Shown: positions 19,836 through 29,964, counted from the first letter of the stretch. The stretch is 64,000 bases of DNA from Acidobacteriota bacterium (GCA_965248695.1 CBDFKD010000002.1:1952001-2016000); one strand, 5' to 3'. Numbers and translations: made by a program. Notes: generated from the sequence alone by a model not told the origin.

Positions 19836-21572
19836 CTAAAAGCGAACCGCCAACCCGCCGGCGATACCGCGAGTCAGCCCTACGAGCTCGGCCAGCGACA
19901 CGTTGTAGAGGCGATCGTAGGCGGGTCCCAGAAGGTTCCGAACCTGCACCATCGCCGACCATTCGGCCCTCGCGGACTGGAACGGCAGCGGCTGTCGGAG
20001 TCGGAGGTCCAGCCGCCCGTAGTCGTATCGCACCTCACCCTCTTGCACGACGGGCATGCCCGACCGCCAGTTGTAGCTGGCCTCGAAGTATGTGCGTGAC
20101 GGCGCCAGCTCAGCGGCGACCGAAGCCTGAACTTCGTGCGTCCGCTGGACCGGATTCGTGTCGATCTCGGGCAAGCTGGCGACCAGCTGACCAGGTGTCC
20201 GGAACGAGTACGGTGTGTCGCGCTCATGGACCGCGTAGCTCACCTCGCCCGAGACGTTCCCCGTCAGCGTGTCGAGGAGCTCGCCGGCTACGGCGAACTC
20301 GAAACCGGCCGCTTTCGAATCGCCGACGTTGAAGAGCAGGTAGTTTCCGACGCCGTCCGGGCCGGAGACGAAGACACCAAGCAGCTCGTCGGTCACATGG
20401 TCGAAGTAGGCGCGCGCGCTTACCGCTGCCGGGCCGACGCGCTGCTCCACCTCGAGGTGATATCGACGAGCCTGCTCTGGTTGGACCCGACTCGTATTGC
20501 CAATGCGAAGCTCGGCCTGGCGCAGGAGCGACAGCACCTCGAACCCCTGATCATCGGCCAGCCCGAACCCGGTGGAACTGTGGGTCGCGCCGGTGGATAT
20601 GCGTGTGGTCTCACCGGGACGATAGGCAACCTCGATGCGGGGCGACACCAGCGCCGACTTCGCCAGGTAGCTCTGATGCTCGTAGCGGGCGCCCACGGAG
20701 ACACTCAGGGGACGTGAGATGCGCCACGTGTCGCTCACATCCAGGCGACCGATCCAGGCATCCCCCGAGACGTACTCGCGATGCGTCGGGGCGAGCAGAT
20801 CGAACGTCCCGCCGACATAGCCGAACCCGACCTGTAGCTCATGGTCACCCAAGTCGCGAGTGACCTTGCTGGCGGCCCACAGCGCCCCCGAGCCATCGAT
20901 GTGGGCGCGAAGCGCCCAGCTGGCAGGAGTGCCGAGAGAAAGCGATGTGACGCCGACGGTCTCGGAGCTGCTTACGTTGGTAACACTCCAGAGACGTAGC
21001 TCACCGGAAACAGCCGGCATCCCACGAACGACCCGATGGGTCAGAGCGTCGGTATGCGCCGAGGTGGTTGCGCCGGTGCCGGCATCAACGACGATCGTGC
21101 CGTCGGTCTGCCGCAGCACATCGCGTTTCTTCGACCGCAGCGCCCAGCTCATGTCCAGGGGCGCGCTGAAGGCAGAGAGGCTACGCGACGGATCCGCTTC
21201 GAGTTGCAGGGTCAACGGCGCGGTACCCGGTACGTTGATTCCCTGCATCATCGTACCGGCGAACCCCAGGCTTCCTACCAGGAGCGCATAGACACCGGAC
21301 GGTAGGTCCTTGACCTCGAATCCGCCCGTGACATCGGTTACTACAATCGCCGCAGGTTGGTCGTCGCCGAGCGCGATAGCCGCCACGAATGCACGCAGCA
21401 GGGGCAGTCCACGGGAATCCTGCACGACGCCAACGATGTGTTGCGTCGTAGAGGCGACCTGAGATTGCGCCGCAGCGGTCGCAGGAATGCTCGCCGTCAG
21501 CACGACGGCCAGCGTCAACGCGATCGCCCGGATCGATTGGGGACGTATCCGAGCCAATGGGTACCTTGGCAT
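19836..21572 (-). CDS. Outer-membrane beta-barrel (TonB-dependent-receptor-like) with N-terminal carboxypeptidase-regulatory-like domain
   Basis: Signal peptide; GVVQDSRGLPL..TDVTGGF..LPSGVY; amphipathic strands, SPRIEVAY, VRNLL, terminal Phe. Confidence 0.65.
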   Translation of the reverse strand: MPRYPLARIRPQSIRAIALTLAVVLTASIPATAAAQSQVASTTQHIVGVVQDSRGLPLLRAFVAAIALGDDQPAAIVVTDVTGGFEVKDLPSGVYALLVGSLGFAGTMMQGINVPGTAPLTLQLEADPSRSLSAFSAPLDMSWALRSKKRDVLRQTDGTIVVDAGTGATTSAHTDALTHRVVRGMPAVSGELRLWSVTNVSSSETVGVTSLSLGTPASWALRAHIDGSGALWAASKVTRDLGDHELQVGFGYVGGTFDLLAPTHREYVSGDAWIGRLDVSDTWRISRPLSVSVGARYEHQSYLAKSALVSPRIEVAYRPGETTRISTGATHSSTGFGLADDQGFEVLSLLRQAELRIGNTSRVQPEQARRYHLEVEQRVGPAAVSARAYFDHVTDELLGVFVSGPDGVGNYLLFNVGDSKAAGFEFAVAGELLDTLTGNVSGEVSYAVHERDTPYSFRTPGQLVASLPEIDTNPVQRTHEVQASVAAELAPSRTYFEASYNWRSGMPVVQEGEVRYDYGRLDLRLRQPLPFQSARAEWSAMVQVRNLLGPAYDRLYNVSLAELVGLTRGIAGGLAVRF

Positions 21573-21781
21573 GTCGTATGCGCAGGGGTAGGACGAGGCG
21601 AATCTAACACCGACATTCCGACAGGGTCAACAGAGCGCCATACGTGACCCTGTTGCACCTGTTAGATGGGCAGCACTGCCGATTCAGCCTTGAGTTTATT
21701 GTAGCCTGGCCCGTCTGTTGGCGCCTCTCCGCGTGCCGCAGTAGCATCCGCACACCCTAGAAACTCGCACTGGGCCCGCGC

Positions 21782-24457
21782 ATGCCTGCCAAGACGCTCT
21801 GTTTGATCGACGCCCTGAACCAGATCCACCGCGCGTACCACGCGTTGCCCGAGCTCACCAACTCGAGCGGAGTTCCCACCAACGCGACCCTCGGCTTCGT
21901 CACCATGTTGCGCAAGGTGATCGCCGACGAGAAGCCTGACTATTGCGCCATCGTGTTCGACCCGCCGGGGCCCACGATCCGGCATCAGGAGTACGCCGCC
22001 TACAAGTCGAGTCGACCCGCAACACCGGAAGACTTGCTCCAGCAGATCCCCTGGATCCGCCGCATCATAGAGGCGATGCGCATCCCCATCCTCGAGATGC
22101 CGACATACGAAGCCGACGACGTCATCGGCACGCTCGCGGCCCGCGCCGAGGAATCCGGGCTACGAACCATCATCATGTCGGAGGACAAGGATCTATTGCA
22201 GCTTGTCAGCGACAAGGTCCAGCTGCTGACCGAGCGCAACCAGCGCTACCTGTACGGGCCCGATGAGGTGCAGAACAAGTACGGCGTCCCGCCCCGGCTG
22301 ATGACCGACCTGCTCGGCCTCATGGGCGACACTGTCGACGACATTCCGGGCGTGCCGGGAATCGGTCCGAAGCGCGCCCGGGAGCTCCTCGAGGCGTACG
22401 GGTCGCTGGAGAACGCCGTCGATCACGCCGGCGACCTGGTCAAGTACAAGTACGGTCGCAATCTGGCGGAGTACGCCGAGCAGGCTCATCTGTCAAAGCG
22501 CCTCGCCACGATCCATACCGACCTGCCGATCGAGCTGCCCCTCGACGCGATGCAGATCAGCACGCCCGACGTTGCTACCTGCCGAGAGATATTCACCGAG
22601 CTCGAGTTCCGCCGGCTGCTCGACGACTCCGCCCAGGAGATCGAGCCCGCAGAGGGCGACTACCGCACCATCGCCGATTCAGCAGAGCTGAACACGGCAA
22701 TCGTGGCGATTCGCGAGGCCGGACGAATCGCCATCGAGCTGGGAGTCGACGACGGGCAGCCGATGCGGGCCCGGATCGTGGGCGTGGGGTTGAGCTGGGA
22801 AGCTGGTAGTGGCGTGTATGTGCCGCTGGCGCATCAGGGTCTCGGCGCTACGAACGCGATGCGTACGGAGGAATGCCTGCAGCAACTGTCACCGCTGCTG
22901 GTCGATGACAACGTCTACATCGTCGGCCACGACCTCAAACGCGACCTCATCACATTGGCGCGCCACGGTGTCGAGGGCTTAGAGCCGCAACTCGACACCA
23001 TGCTGGCGTCGTATGTCTTGCATCCCACACGCCAGAGCCACCGCCTCGGGGCGCTGGCGAGCGACCTTCTGCACGCCCGTGCGATCGAGCTCAAGGAGAT
23101 TCTCCCGGACCGAAAGGCCACCTTCGATACGGTCCCGATCGTCGAGGCGACCCGCTACGCGGCCGAGCGCGCCGATCTGGCGCTACGGCTGGCCGTCAAC
23201 TTCGACTCCGAGCTGCAGGCGCAGCCAGGACTCGCCGCGCTGCTCGCAGACCTCGAAATGCCGCTCATGCGGGTACTGGCCGCGATGGAGCAGCGCGGCG
23301 TCCGCATCGACGCAGGCTACCTGGCCGAGATGTCGGCTCAGTTCGCCGAGCGGATCGATGCGCTGCAGGCGGAGATCTACGAGATCGCCGGGGGTCCCTT
23401 CAACCTCAATTCGCCCAAACAACTGGCCGAGGTCCTCTTTGACCGGCTCGAGCTGCCGGCCGGGGGCAAGACCGCCAAGGGCAGTCGGTCGACCAAGGCC
23501 GAGGTGCTCGAGGCCCTGGCCCCCGACTACCCGATCGTCAGCCAGATTCTGGAGTATCGCGAGATCTCCAAGCTGCAAAGCACCTACGTCGAAGCGCTCC
23601 CCGGTTGCGTGCTGGCCGATACGGGGCGCGTGCACGGGTCCTTCGATCAGGCAGTGGCGGCGACGGGACGGCTCTCGAGCAGCAACCCGAACCTCCAGAA
23701 CATCCCCATTCGCAAGTCGACCGGGCGGCAGATCCGGCGCGCCTTCGTGCCGGCCGACGGCTGTCTGCTCATGACGGCCGACTACTCGCAGATCGAGCTC
23801 CGAATCATGGCGCATCTGTCGGCAGACCCGTCCCTGCAACAGGCGTTTCACGAGGGGATCGATATCCACCGAGCTACCGCGGCCGAGATCTTCCATGTCG
23901 AGCCCGTTGACGTCACCTACGAGCAGCGCGATCGGGCCAAGGTGATCAATTTCGGCGTTCTCTACGGCATGGGCCCGCAGCGCCTGGCACGCGAGTTCAA
24001 CGTTTCACTGGCAGAGGCCAAGGATTTTATCCAGCGTTACCTGAGCGCCTACCCGCGCGTACGCGACTACCTCGAGGCGACCGTCGCCCGGGCGCGCGAG
24101 GAAGGCTACGTGACCACCCTGCTTGGGCGCGTGCGCCATCTCCCGGAGCTGCAGAGCGGCCGCCCGATGGTGCGCTCCTTCGGAGAGCGCATCGCGGTGA
24201 ATACACCGCTCCAGGGAACCGCCGCCGATCTCATCAAGCTGGCGATGGTCAACCTGGACGCGCGCCTCACCGAGCTCGAGCTGGGTGCCGGAATGCTCAT
24301 TCAGGTGCACGACGAGCTCGTGCTGGAAGTGCCTGAGCCCGAGGTCGACCAGGTGACAGCGCTCGTGAAAGAAGAGATGGAGGGCGCCATCGAGCTCGAT
24401 GTACCGCTGCTGGTCGAGATCAGCGTTGGCGCTAACTGGATGGACGCCAAAGGGTGA
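21782..24457 (+). CDS. polA: DNA polymerase I
   Basis: YEADDVIG, PGIGPK, TGRLSSSNPNLQNIP, ADYSQIELR, AKVINFGVLYG, QVHDEL. Confidence 0.98.
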   Translation: MPAKTLCLIDALNQIHRAYHALPELTNSSGVPTNATLGFVTMLRKVIADEKPDYCAIVFDPPGPTIRHQEYAAYKSSRPATPEDLLQQIPWIRRIIEAMRIPILEMPTYEADDVIGTLAARAEESGLRTIIMSEDKDLLQLVSDKVQLLTERNQRYLYGPDEVQNKYGVPPRLMTDLLGLMGDTVDDIPGVPGIGPKRARELLEAYGSLENAVDHAGDLVKYKYGRNLAEYAEQAHLSKRLATIHTDLPIELPLDAMQISTPDVATCREIFTELEFRRLLDDSAQEIEPAEGDYRTIADSAELNTAIVAIREAGRIAIELGVDDGQPMRARIVGVGLSWEAGSGVYVPLAHQGLGATNAMRTEECLQQLSPLLVDDNVYIVGHDLKRDLITLARHGVEGLEPQLDTMLASYVLHPTRQSHRLGALASDLLHARAIELKEILPDRKATFDTVPIVEATRYAAERADLALRLAVNFDSELQAQPGLAALLADLEMPLMRVLAAMEQRGVRIDAGYLAEMSAQFAERIDALQAEIYEIAGGPFNLNSPKQLAEVLFDRLELPAGGKTAKGSRSTKAEVLEALAPDYPIVSQILEYREISKLQSTYVEALPGCVLADTGRVHGSFDQAVAATGRLSSSNPNLQNIPIRKSTGRQIRRAFVPADGCLLMTADYSQIELRIMAHLSADPSLQQAFHEGIDIHRATAAEIFHVEPVDVTYEQRDRAKVINFGVLYGMGPQRLAREFNVSLAEAKDFIQRYLSAYPRVRDYLEATVARAREEGYVTTLLGRVRHLPELQSGRPMVRSFGERIAVNTPLQGTAADLIKLAMVNLDARLTELELGAGMLIQVHDELVLEVPEPEVDQVTALVKEEMEGAIELDVPLLVEISVGANWMDAKG

Positions 24458-24495
24458 AGTGGCCGTGGGCGGTCGGCGGGCTGGGTTTGGAGGGA

Positions 24496-24635
24496 GGCGC
24501 AAGGGTCAAGGGCATCAGACTGCAGCGTCAACGATTGGTGCTCGGTGGGGCTGGGTTGCTCACGCGTCTCGGGCGTAGGTGGATGAGCGTCGGGTTTGGC
24601 CGATGCTGCTGTCCGATGCCCTTGACCCTTGCGCC
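24496..24635. repeat. Long intergenic inverted repeat (34-bp arms)
   Basis: 24496-24529 GGCGCAAGGGTCAAGGGCATCAGACTGCAGCGTC matches the reverse complement of 24602-24635 with 3 mismatches. Confidence 0.9.
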
Positions 24636-24763
24636 ACACCATGGAGGTGACCAGCCCGTCGATCGGGGAGGGCCACATCACCGCACGGCTTTCGGGGGGA
24701 CTCCTGCTGAACGGGGTTGGGTGTCGAGTGCGCTGACGGCTCGGCACCGTGAGCGGGGGCGCG

Positions 24764-24887
24764 GTCCTCGGACCCTTTGGGTCCTTGTTTGTGGGTGGAC
24801 GCTAGCTCTGCGAATCAACGCTCGGGCCGGCAGCGCCGTCCTCGGACCCTGTGGGTGCTTTGTTTGTTGGCGAGCGCTGGCTCTGCG
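24764..24887. repeat. Imperfect ~50-bp direct repeat, two copies
   Basis: GTCCTCGGACCCTnTGGGT..TTGTTTGT..CGCTnGCTCTGCG at 24764-24812 and 24838-24887. Confidence 0.8.
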
Positions 24888-25002
24888 GTGCTATCTCGTG
24901 AACGTCGCTGCGGCGTCCAGCTATCGCACCTGTTCTCCGCCACTCTCCGTAGGTTGATATATTGGCGCCTCGCGCTCCCCGTTTTCTTTGCTGTGACCAC
25001 CG

Positions 25003-25326
25003 ATGCCTATTTATGAATACGAGTGTCGCAAGTGCGGCCATCGCTTCGAGCGCATTCAGAAGTTCTCCGATCGCGTCGTGCGCACGTGCCCGGAATGTAA
25101 GGGCCGTGTCGATCGACTCGTTCACGCACCGGCGATCCAGTTCAAAGGAACCGGCTGGTACGTCACCGACTACGCCGACAAAGGCAAGAAGACAGAATCG
25201 GACACCAACGGATCCGGCGACGGTAAGAAGGACGATGCGAAGAACGGGGCAACGGACAAGCCCGACGCTGGCGCCAAGTCGAAGAGCGACACGAGCACGA
25301 AGAAAACGAGCAAGAAGAGCGACTAA
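25003..25326 (+). CDS. FmdB-family zinc-ribbon protein
   Basis: MPIYEYECxxC..CPEC..FKGTGWYVTDY, low-complexity K/S/D tail. Confidence 0.92.
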   Translation: MPIYEYECRKCGHRFERIQKFSDRVVRTCPECKGRVDRLVHAPAIQFKGTGWYVTDYADKGKKTESDTNGSGDGKKDDAKNGATDKPDAGAKSKSDTSTKKTSKKSD

Positions 25327-25341
25327 CGGGACTCGGCGGGT

Positions 25342-26202
25342 TCAGTTGAGCTCGCGGAGGTAGCGCCGGAACCGATCCCCGACGTCGGGATGCCGTCGCG
25401 CCACTTCGACCGTCGCCTTCAAGAGCCCGACGCGGCTACCGCAATCGTAGCGAAGGCCCTCGAACTCGACCGCGTGACAGGGCTCCTCGCTGAGCGCGGA
25501 TCTCAGGGCGTCGGTCAGCTGCACCTCGCCGCCGACGCCGGCGCCGGTTTGCGCCAGGATGCTGAATATCTTCGCCGGCAGAACATAGCGACCGACGATT
25601 GCCAGATTGCTCGGCGCGTCCTCGACGGGCGGTTTCTCCACCATGTCGGTGACTCGGTAGACGTTGTCTGCGACGCGCTCGGCGCTGATCACGCCGTAGC
25701 GATCAACGTGCTCTTGAGGCACGCGCTCGACGGCAACCACGACGCCCCCGTGCTGCGCGTGGACGCGTCGCAGCTGCTCCAGAACGGGAACGTCGGCGAG
25801 CAGAAAGTCGTCCGGGAACATGACGCCGAAGGGCTCGTTGCCGACGGCTTCGCGGGCTTGGAGGATCGCGTGTCCCACGCCGCGTGGCTGCCGCTGTTCC
25901 ACCGCTTCCACTCGAGCGAGGTTGGCCACCGCCCGGACAGTTTCGAGCATCGTGGTGTTGCCGCGCTCGTGCAGCATGGCCTCGAGGTCCGCATCGGCTG
26001 CGAAATGCTTGAGCACCGACGTCTTGCCCGGCGCGGTGATCAGCACGACACGCTTGCTGCCGGCGGCGACCGATTCTTCCACCGCATACTGCAGCAGCGG
26101 TCGATCGAAAACAGGCAGCATTTCCTTGGGCGTCGCCTTGGTGGCCGGCAAGAAACGCGTGCCCAAGCCTGCAACGGGAATGACCGTTGTCCGGAAGCTC
26201 AT
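25342..26202 (-). CDS. galU: UTP--glucose-1-phosphate uridylyltransferase
   Basis: [36 protein letters not shown]. Confidence 0.93.
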   Translation of the reverse strand: MSFRTTVIPVAGLGTRFLPATKATPKEMLPVFDRPLLQYAVEESVAAGSKRVVLITAPGKTSVLKHFAADADLEAMLHERGNTTMLETVRAVANLARVEAVEQRQPRGVGHAILQAREAVGNEPFGVMFPDDFLLADVPVLEQLRRVHAQHGGVVVAVERVPQEHVDRYGVISAERVADNVYRVTDMVEKPPVEDAPSNLAIVGRYVLPAKIFSILAQTGAGVGGEVQLTDALRSALSEEPCHAVEFEGLRYDCGSRVGLLKATVEVARRHPDVGDRFRRYLRELN

Positions 26203-26313
26203 GTGATCCTGTCCTGTCGCTGGAGGCTCGACGCTACCACGCGTGCTCGTGCACCATCCGCAGCCCAGGTATGCTCTGAGCGGCGGCTCCGCCCCTCATC
26301 CGGAACATCCCGA

Positions 26314-27606
26314 ATGCTCGATTTCAGCATCATTCGCCAGTCCCCGGAACGAACCCGCGAGTCGTTGGCGCAGCGGCACTCTGAGGTCGACATCGACGCG
26401 TTGCTGGCGCGCGACACGGAGCGTCGGACACTGATCGGCGAGGTCGAGTCGCTGCAGGCGGAGCGCAATGAAACCAGCAAGCGGATCGGTGAGCTCAAGC
26501 GCAGTGGCGCCGACGCCGACGAGATCATGGCCCGCATGCGCAGCGTCGGAGATCGGATCAAGAAGCTCGAGGGAGAGCTGAAGGCCGTCGACGCGGCGAT
26601 TCGCCACGACACGCTGCGCCTGCCGAACCTGCCGCACGACACGGTCCCGGTCGGCGATGACGAGGCCGCCAATCGCATCGAGCGCACCTGGGGAGAGCCC
26701 ACCGCGTTGGGTTTCGAGCCGCGCGACCATGTCGAGCTTGGCGAAGCCCTCGGGATTCTCGATTTCGCGCGCGCCGCCAAGGTCTCCGGGGCTCGGTTCT
26801 CGACCCAGTTCGGGGTAGGCGCGAGGCTCGAGCGTGCGTTGGCAGCCTACATGCTGGATGTACACACTGGCGGTGGATATCTCGAGGTGCTCACGCCGCT
26901 GCTGGTCACCCCGGAAGCGATGCAGGGAAGCGGTCAGCTGCCCAAGTTCGCCGACGACGCCTTCTTCGTGAATAGTGATGAGCTGTACCTGATTCCGACC
27001 TCCGAGGTACCGCTGGTGAACCTGCACAGCGGCGAGATCCTGCCTGCAACGGATCTGCCGGTGCGGTACTGCGCCCACACATCGTGTTTTCGGCGCGAGG
27101 CGGGCTCCTACGGTCGCGACACCCGGGGGCTCATACGCATGCACCAGTTCAACAAGGTGGAGCTCGTGTGGATCACCGACGAGGAGTCCTCGTTCGAGGC
27201 GCTGGAGGCGCTCACCGCGGATGCCGAGCGCATCCTGCAAGGACTGGAACTGCCCTACCGCGTCATCACGTTGTCGACCGGCGACATGGGCTTCGCCGCC
27301 GCCAAGACCTACGACCTGGAGGTATGGATACCCTCCCAGGACCAGTATCGCGAGATCTCATCGTGCAGCAATTGCACGGATTTCCAATCACGTCGCGCTG
27401 ACATCCGTTATCGCGCCTCCGGCGCTGTCAAGACACGGCTGGCGCACACGTTGAACGGCTCGGGAGTCGCCGTCGGTCGGGCGCTGGTGGGCCTACTCGA
27501 GAACCACCAGCAGGAGGATGGCACGGTAGCGATACCGGAGGTACTGCGGCCGTATCTCGACGGCCTCGAACGCATCGAGCCGATCGAGCGCCCCGGCGCT
27601 GGATAA
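26314..27606 (+). CDS. serS: Serine--tRNA ligase
   Basis: N-terminal coiled coil, [34 protein letters not shown]; true start ATG 26314 (MLDF). Confidence 0.97.
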   Translation: MLDFSIIRQSPERTRESLAQRHSEVDIDALLARDTERRTLIGEVESLQAERNETSKRIGELKRSGADADEIMARMRSVGDRIKKLEGELKAVDAAIRHDTLRLPNLPHDTVPVGDDEAANRIERTWGEPTALGFEPRDHVELGEALGILDFARAAKVSGARFSTQFGVGARLERALAAYMLDVHTGGGYLEVLTPLLVTPEAMQGSGQLPKFADDAFFVNSDELYLIPTSEVPLVNLHSGEILPATDLPVRYCAHTSCFRREAGSYGRDTRGLIRMHQFNKVELVWITDEESSFEALEALTADAERILQGLELPYRVITLSTGDMGFAAAKTYDLEVWIPSQDQYREISSCSNCTDFQSRRADIRYRASGAVKTRLAHTLNGSGVAVGRALVGLLENHQQEDGTVAIPEVLRPYLDGLERIEPIERPGAG

Positions 27607-27652
27607 TCGTGGCTACCTGAGCGGCCCGGTCTTGGTAACCTACCGCTCATCC

Positions 27653-27745
27653 GGAGGCATGGCAGAGTCCGGCTGAATGCGGCGGTCTTGAAAACCGTTG
27701 ACCGCTTTCAAAGGCGGTCCGAAGGTTCGAATCCTTCTGCCTCCG
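27653..27745 (+). tRNA. tRNA-Ser(UGA)
   Basis: Acceptor GGAGGCA/TGCCTCC, anticodon loop CTTGAAA, long variable arm, GGTTCGAATCC, discriminator G, no encoded CCA. Confidence 0.95.
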
Positions 27746-27781
27746 CCTGAGTCGCCGGCCAAGCTGAGAACAAGTCCCATC

Positions 27782-27870
27782 GGAGGGGTGCTAGAGCGGA
27801 CGAATAGGGCGGCCTGCTAAGCCGTTGCACGGTTCATTCCGTGCCGTGGGTTCGAATCCCACCCCCTCCG
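27782..27870 (+). tRNA. tRNA-Ser(GCU)
   Basis: Acceptor GGAGGGG/CCCCTCC, anticodon loop CTGCTAA, long variable arm, GGTTCGAATCC, no encoded CCA. Confidence 0.95.
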
Positions 27871-27911
27871 CCTTTTCCCCAACAGCCACAAGGTCACGTA
27901 CAATCCGAGCC

Positions 27912-28247
27912 GTGAGCACGAGCGAGCTTGACCCACATGCCCGGCCTGGATTGGTCGATATCGCCGACCCGGTGGCCGCGGCGACCCGCATCGCGGGGGT
28001 GGCGGACGATGCATGTCAGTCGTGCGATGCCCCGGGTTCATGGACCCTGAGCACACGGCATCGATTCAGCCCGTTCGGCGGCGTCACGCTCTTGACCCTG
28101 GCCTTCTGGGCTCTCCTGATCGGCGCGCTGGTCGGGCTCTCGCTGATACCGGCTGCGGTTCTGTCGTTGCTTGGCCTGATCTTGATCGTCAGCCGGCGAA
28201 CGGCGCTCGAATGTCAGGTTTGCGGCTTCGTCCGCGCACGCAACTGA
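27912..28247 (+). CDS. Small membrane protein with CxxC-TM hairpin-CxxC
   Basis: CQSC, two hydrophobic segments, CQVC; GTG start uncertain. Confidence 0.6.
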   Translation: MSTSELDPHARPGLVDIADPVAAATRIAGVADDACQSCDAPGSWTLSTRHRFSPFGGVTLLTLAFWALLIGALVGLSLIPAAVLSLLGLILIVSRRTALECQVCGFVRARN

Positions 28248-28436
28248 CGACTCGATAGACCGCGACTGGCGAGACCGCTTCCGAACGGCTACCATCCCGC
28301 AGTCGAGGCCGGCAGGGGCCGTTCATCAATCAGGAGTCGATTCGCCCCGCCGAGCCACCCGCGAGGTTGCTCTTCCTACCGCGAGACGCCCTTCTTGTAT
28401 CTCCGACCTTCGTTTCTGCCCGCTGAGAGGTAACCC

Positions 28437-29948
28437 ATGTCCGACAAGTCCGAGGTTCGCGTTCGCTTCGCGCCCAGCCCTACCGGCGAGCTGCACGTCG
28501 GCGGGGCGCGCACCGCGCTCTACAACTGGCTGTTCGCACGCCACCACGACGGCAAGTTCATCCTGCGGCTCGAGGATACCGACGAGCAGCGGTCGCAGGA
28601 GGAGTACCTGGACTCGATCCTTCGTTCGCTCACCTGGCTCGGGCTCGACTGGGACGAGGGCCCGGTAAGCCAGAGCGACAGGCTGGACCTGTACCGCGAC
28701 TACGTTTCGCTGCTGATGAACTCCGGTCATGCCTACTACTGCTTCGCCACTCAGGAGGAGCTTGACGAGCAACGCCAGGAAGCCCTGGAAACGCGCGAGG
28801 GTCAGGAAGAAGAGGTGGACAATTGGGTCTACCGTGGCGCCGACCGCGACCTGGCGACCGAAGAGGTGCGCAAGCGCATCGAAGCCGAGGAGCCGCACAC
28901 GGTGCGCTTCAAGGTCCCAGACGAAGGATCGATCACGATCACCGACTCAGTGCAGGGAGAGGTCATCTTCGAGTGCTCAGTGATCGAAGACTTCGTGCTC
29001 CTGCGCTCCGACGAGAAGCCGACCTATCACCTGTCCAACGTGGTCGATGACATCGAGATGGGGATCACGCACGTGATCCGCGGCGCTGACCACCTTTCGA
29101 ACACGCCAAAGCAGGTGCTCGTCTATCAGGCGCTGGACGCGAAGCTGCCTGAGTTTGGCCATCTGCCGCTCATCCTCGGCCAGGACGGCAAGCGTCTCTC
29201 GAAGCGCCACGGGGCGACCTCGGTCACCTACTTCCACGACAAGGGCTACCTGCCAGGTGCCGTGGTGAACTACCTGTCCCTGCTCGGCTGGAACGCCGGC
29301 GATGATCGCGAGGTATTCACCGTCGCCGAGCTTACCAAGGAGTTCAACCTCGAAGGCGTCAACAAGTCGAACCCGAAGTTCGATCTCGAGAAGCTCTCCT
29401 GGCTCAACGGGGAGTACATCTCCAAGGTGCCCGCCGGCGAGCTGCGGGAGGCGGTGCGGGAGGCGCTACGCGTTCGCGGCTGCTGGGAGGAAGAGCTCGA
29501 CATGGAGCGGCGCGACTACTTCTTCGCGCTGATCGAGCTGTGGCAGTCCCGCGCCAGGACGACGAACGAGCTGGCCGATAACATCGCACCTTTCCTCACC
29601 GAGGCTTTCGCGTACCACCCCGACGGCATCAAGGAGCACGTCCAGGGCAAGGATCTGCTCGGTCTGGTCGAGGCCTTCCGGGAAACCCTGCTGCAGGTCG
29701 ACCCCTGGGAGCAGGCAGAGCTCGAGAGAACGCTGCGAGAGGTCGCCGAGGGCATGGACCGCGAGGCCAGCGACCTGATCCACGTCGTCCGTATCGCGCT
29801 TACCGGCAAGAGAGCCTCTCCCGGCATTTTCGAGGTGCTCGAGATGATGTCGAGAGACAAGGCGCGGGCACGGCTCGATCGCATGATCCGCTATCTGCGC
29901 AAGCTCGACACCGCCCGACGGAAGCGCGAGGAACAGGCCGCAGGGTAA
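28437..29948 (+). CDS. gltX: Glutamate--tRNA ligase
   Basis: RFAPSPTG, HVGG (HIGH), LRLEDTD, HVIRGADH, RLSKR (KMSKS). Confidence 0.96.
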   Translation: MSDKSEVRVRFAPSPTGELHVGGARTALYNWLFARHHDGKFILRLEDTDEQRSQEEYLDSILRSLTWLGLDWDEGPVSQSDRLDLYRDYVSLLMNSGHAYYCFATQEELDEQRQEALETREGQEEEVDNWVYRGADRDLATEEVRKRIEAEEPHTVRFKVPDEGSITITDSVQGEVIFECSVIEDFVLLRSDEKPTYHLSNVVDDIEMGITHVIRGADHLSNTPKQVLVYQALDAKLPEFGHLPLILGQDGKRLSKRHGATSVTYFHDKGYLPGAVVNYLSLLGWNAGDDREVFTVAELTKEFNLEGVNKSNPKFDLEKLSWLNGEYISKVPAGELREAVREALRVRGCWEEELDMERRDYFFALIELWQSRARTTNELADNIAPFLTEAFAYHPDGIKEHVQGKDLLGLVEAFRETLLQVDPWEQAELERTLREVAEGMDREASDLIHVVRIALTGKRASPGIFEVLEMMSRDKARARLDRMIRYLRKLDTARRKREEQAAG

Positions 29949-29964
29949 GACCGGGAACGGGCTG

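Noticed and set aside
22730-23180. PolA 3'-5' exonuclease motifs look degenerate (IAIELG, YAAERAD)
   Set aside because: Proofreading-deficient Pol I is common in bacteria
24764-24887. Possible mini CRISPR array
   Set aside because: Only two imperfect ~50-bp units, a short spacer and no cas genes in the window
24454-24957. 167-aa ORF overlapping the polA stop
   Set aside because: No recognisable motif, odd composition, and it runs through the palindrome and direct repeats
25390-26313. Apparent 308-aa N-terminal extension of SerRS
   Set aside because: It is antisense to galU; SerRS similarity starts at MLDF (26314)
27653-27870. tRNA-anchored integrated element or selenocysteine tRNA
   Set aside because: No integrase or duplicated tRNA 3' end was noticed; the anticodons are TGA and GCT (Ser), not TCA
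28248-28436. T-box or riboswitch in the gltX leader
   Set aside because: No T-box consensus or terminator is visible
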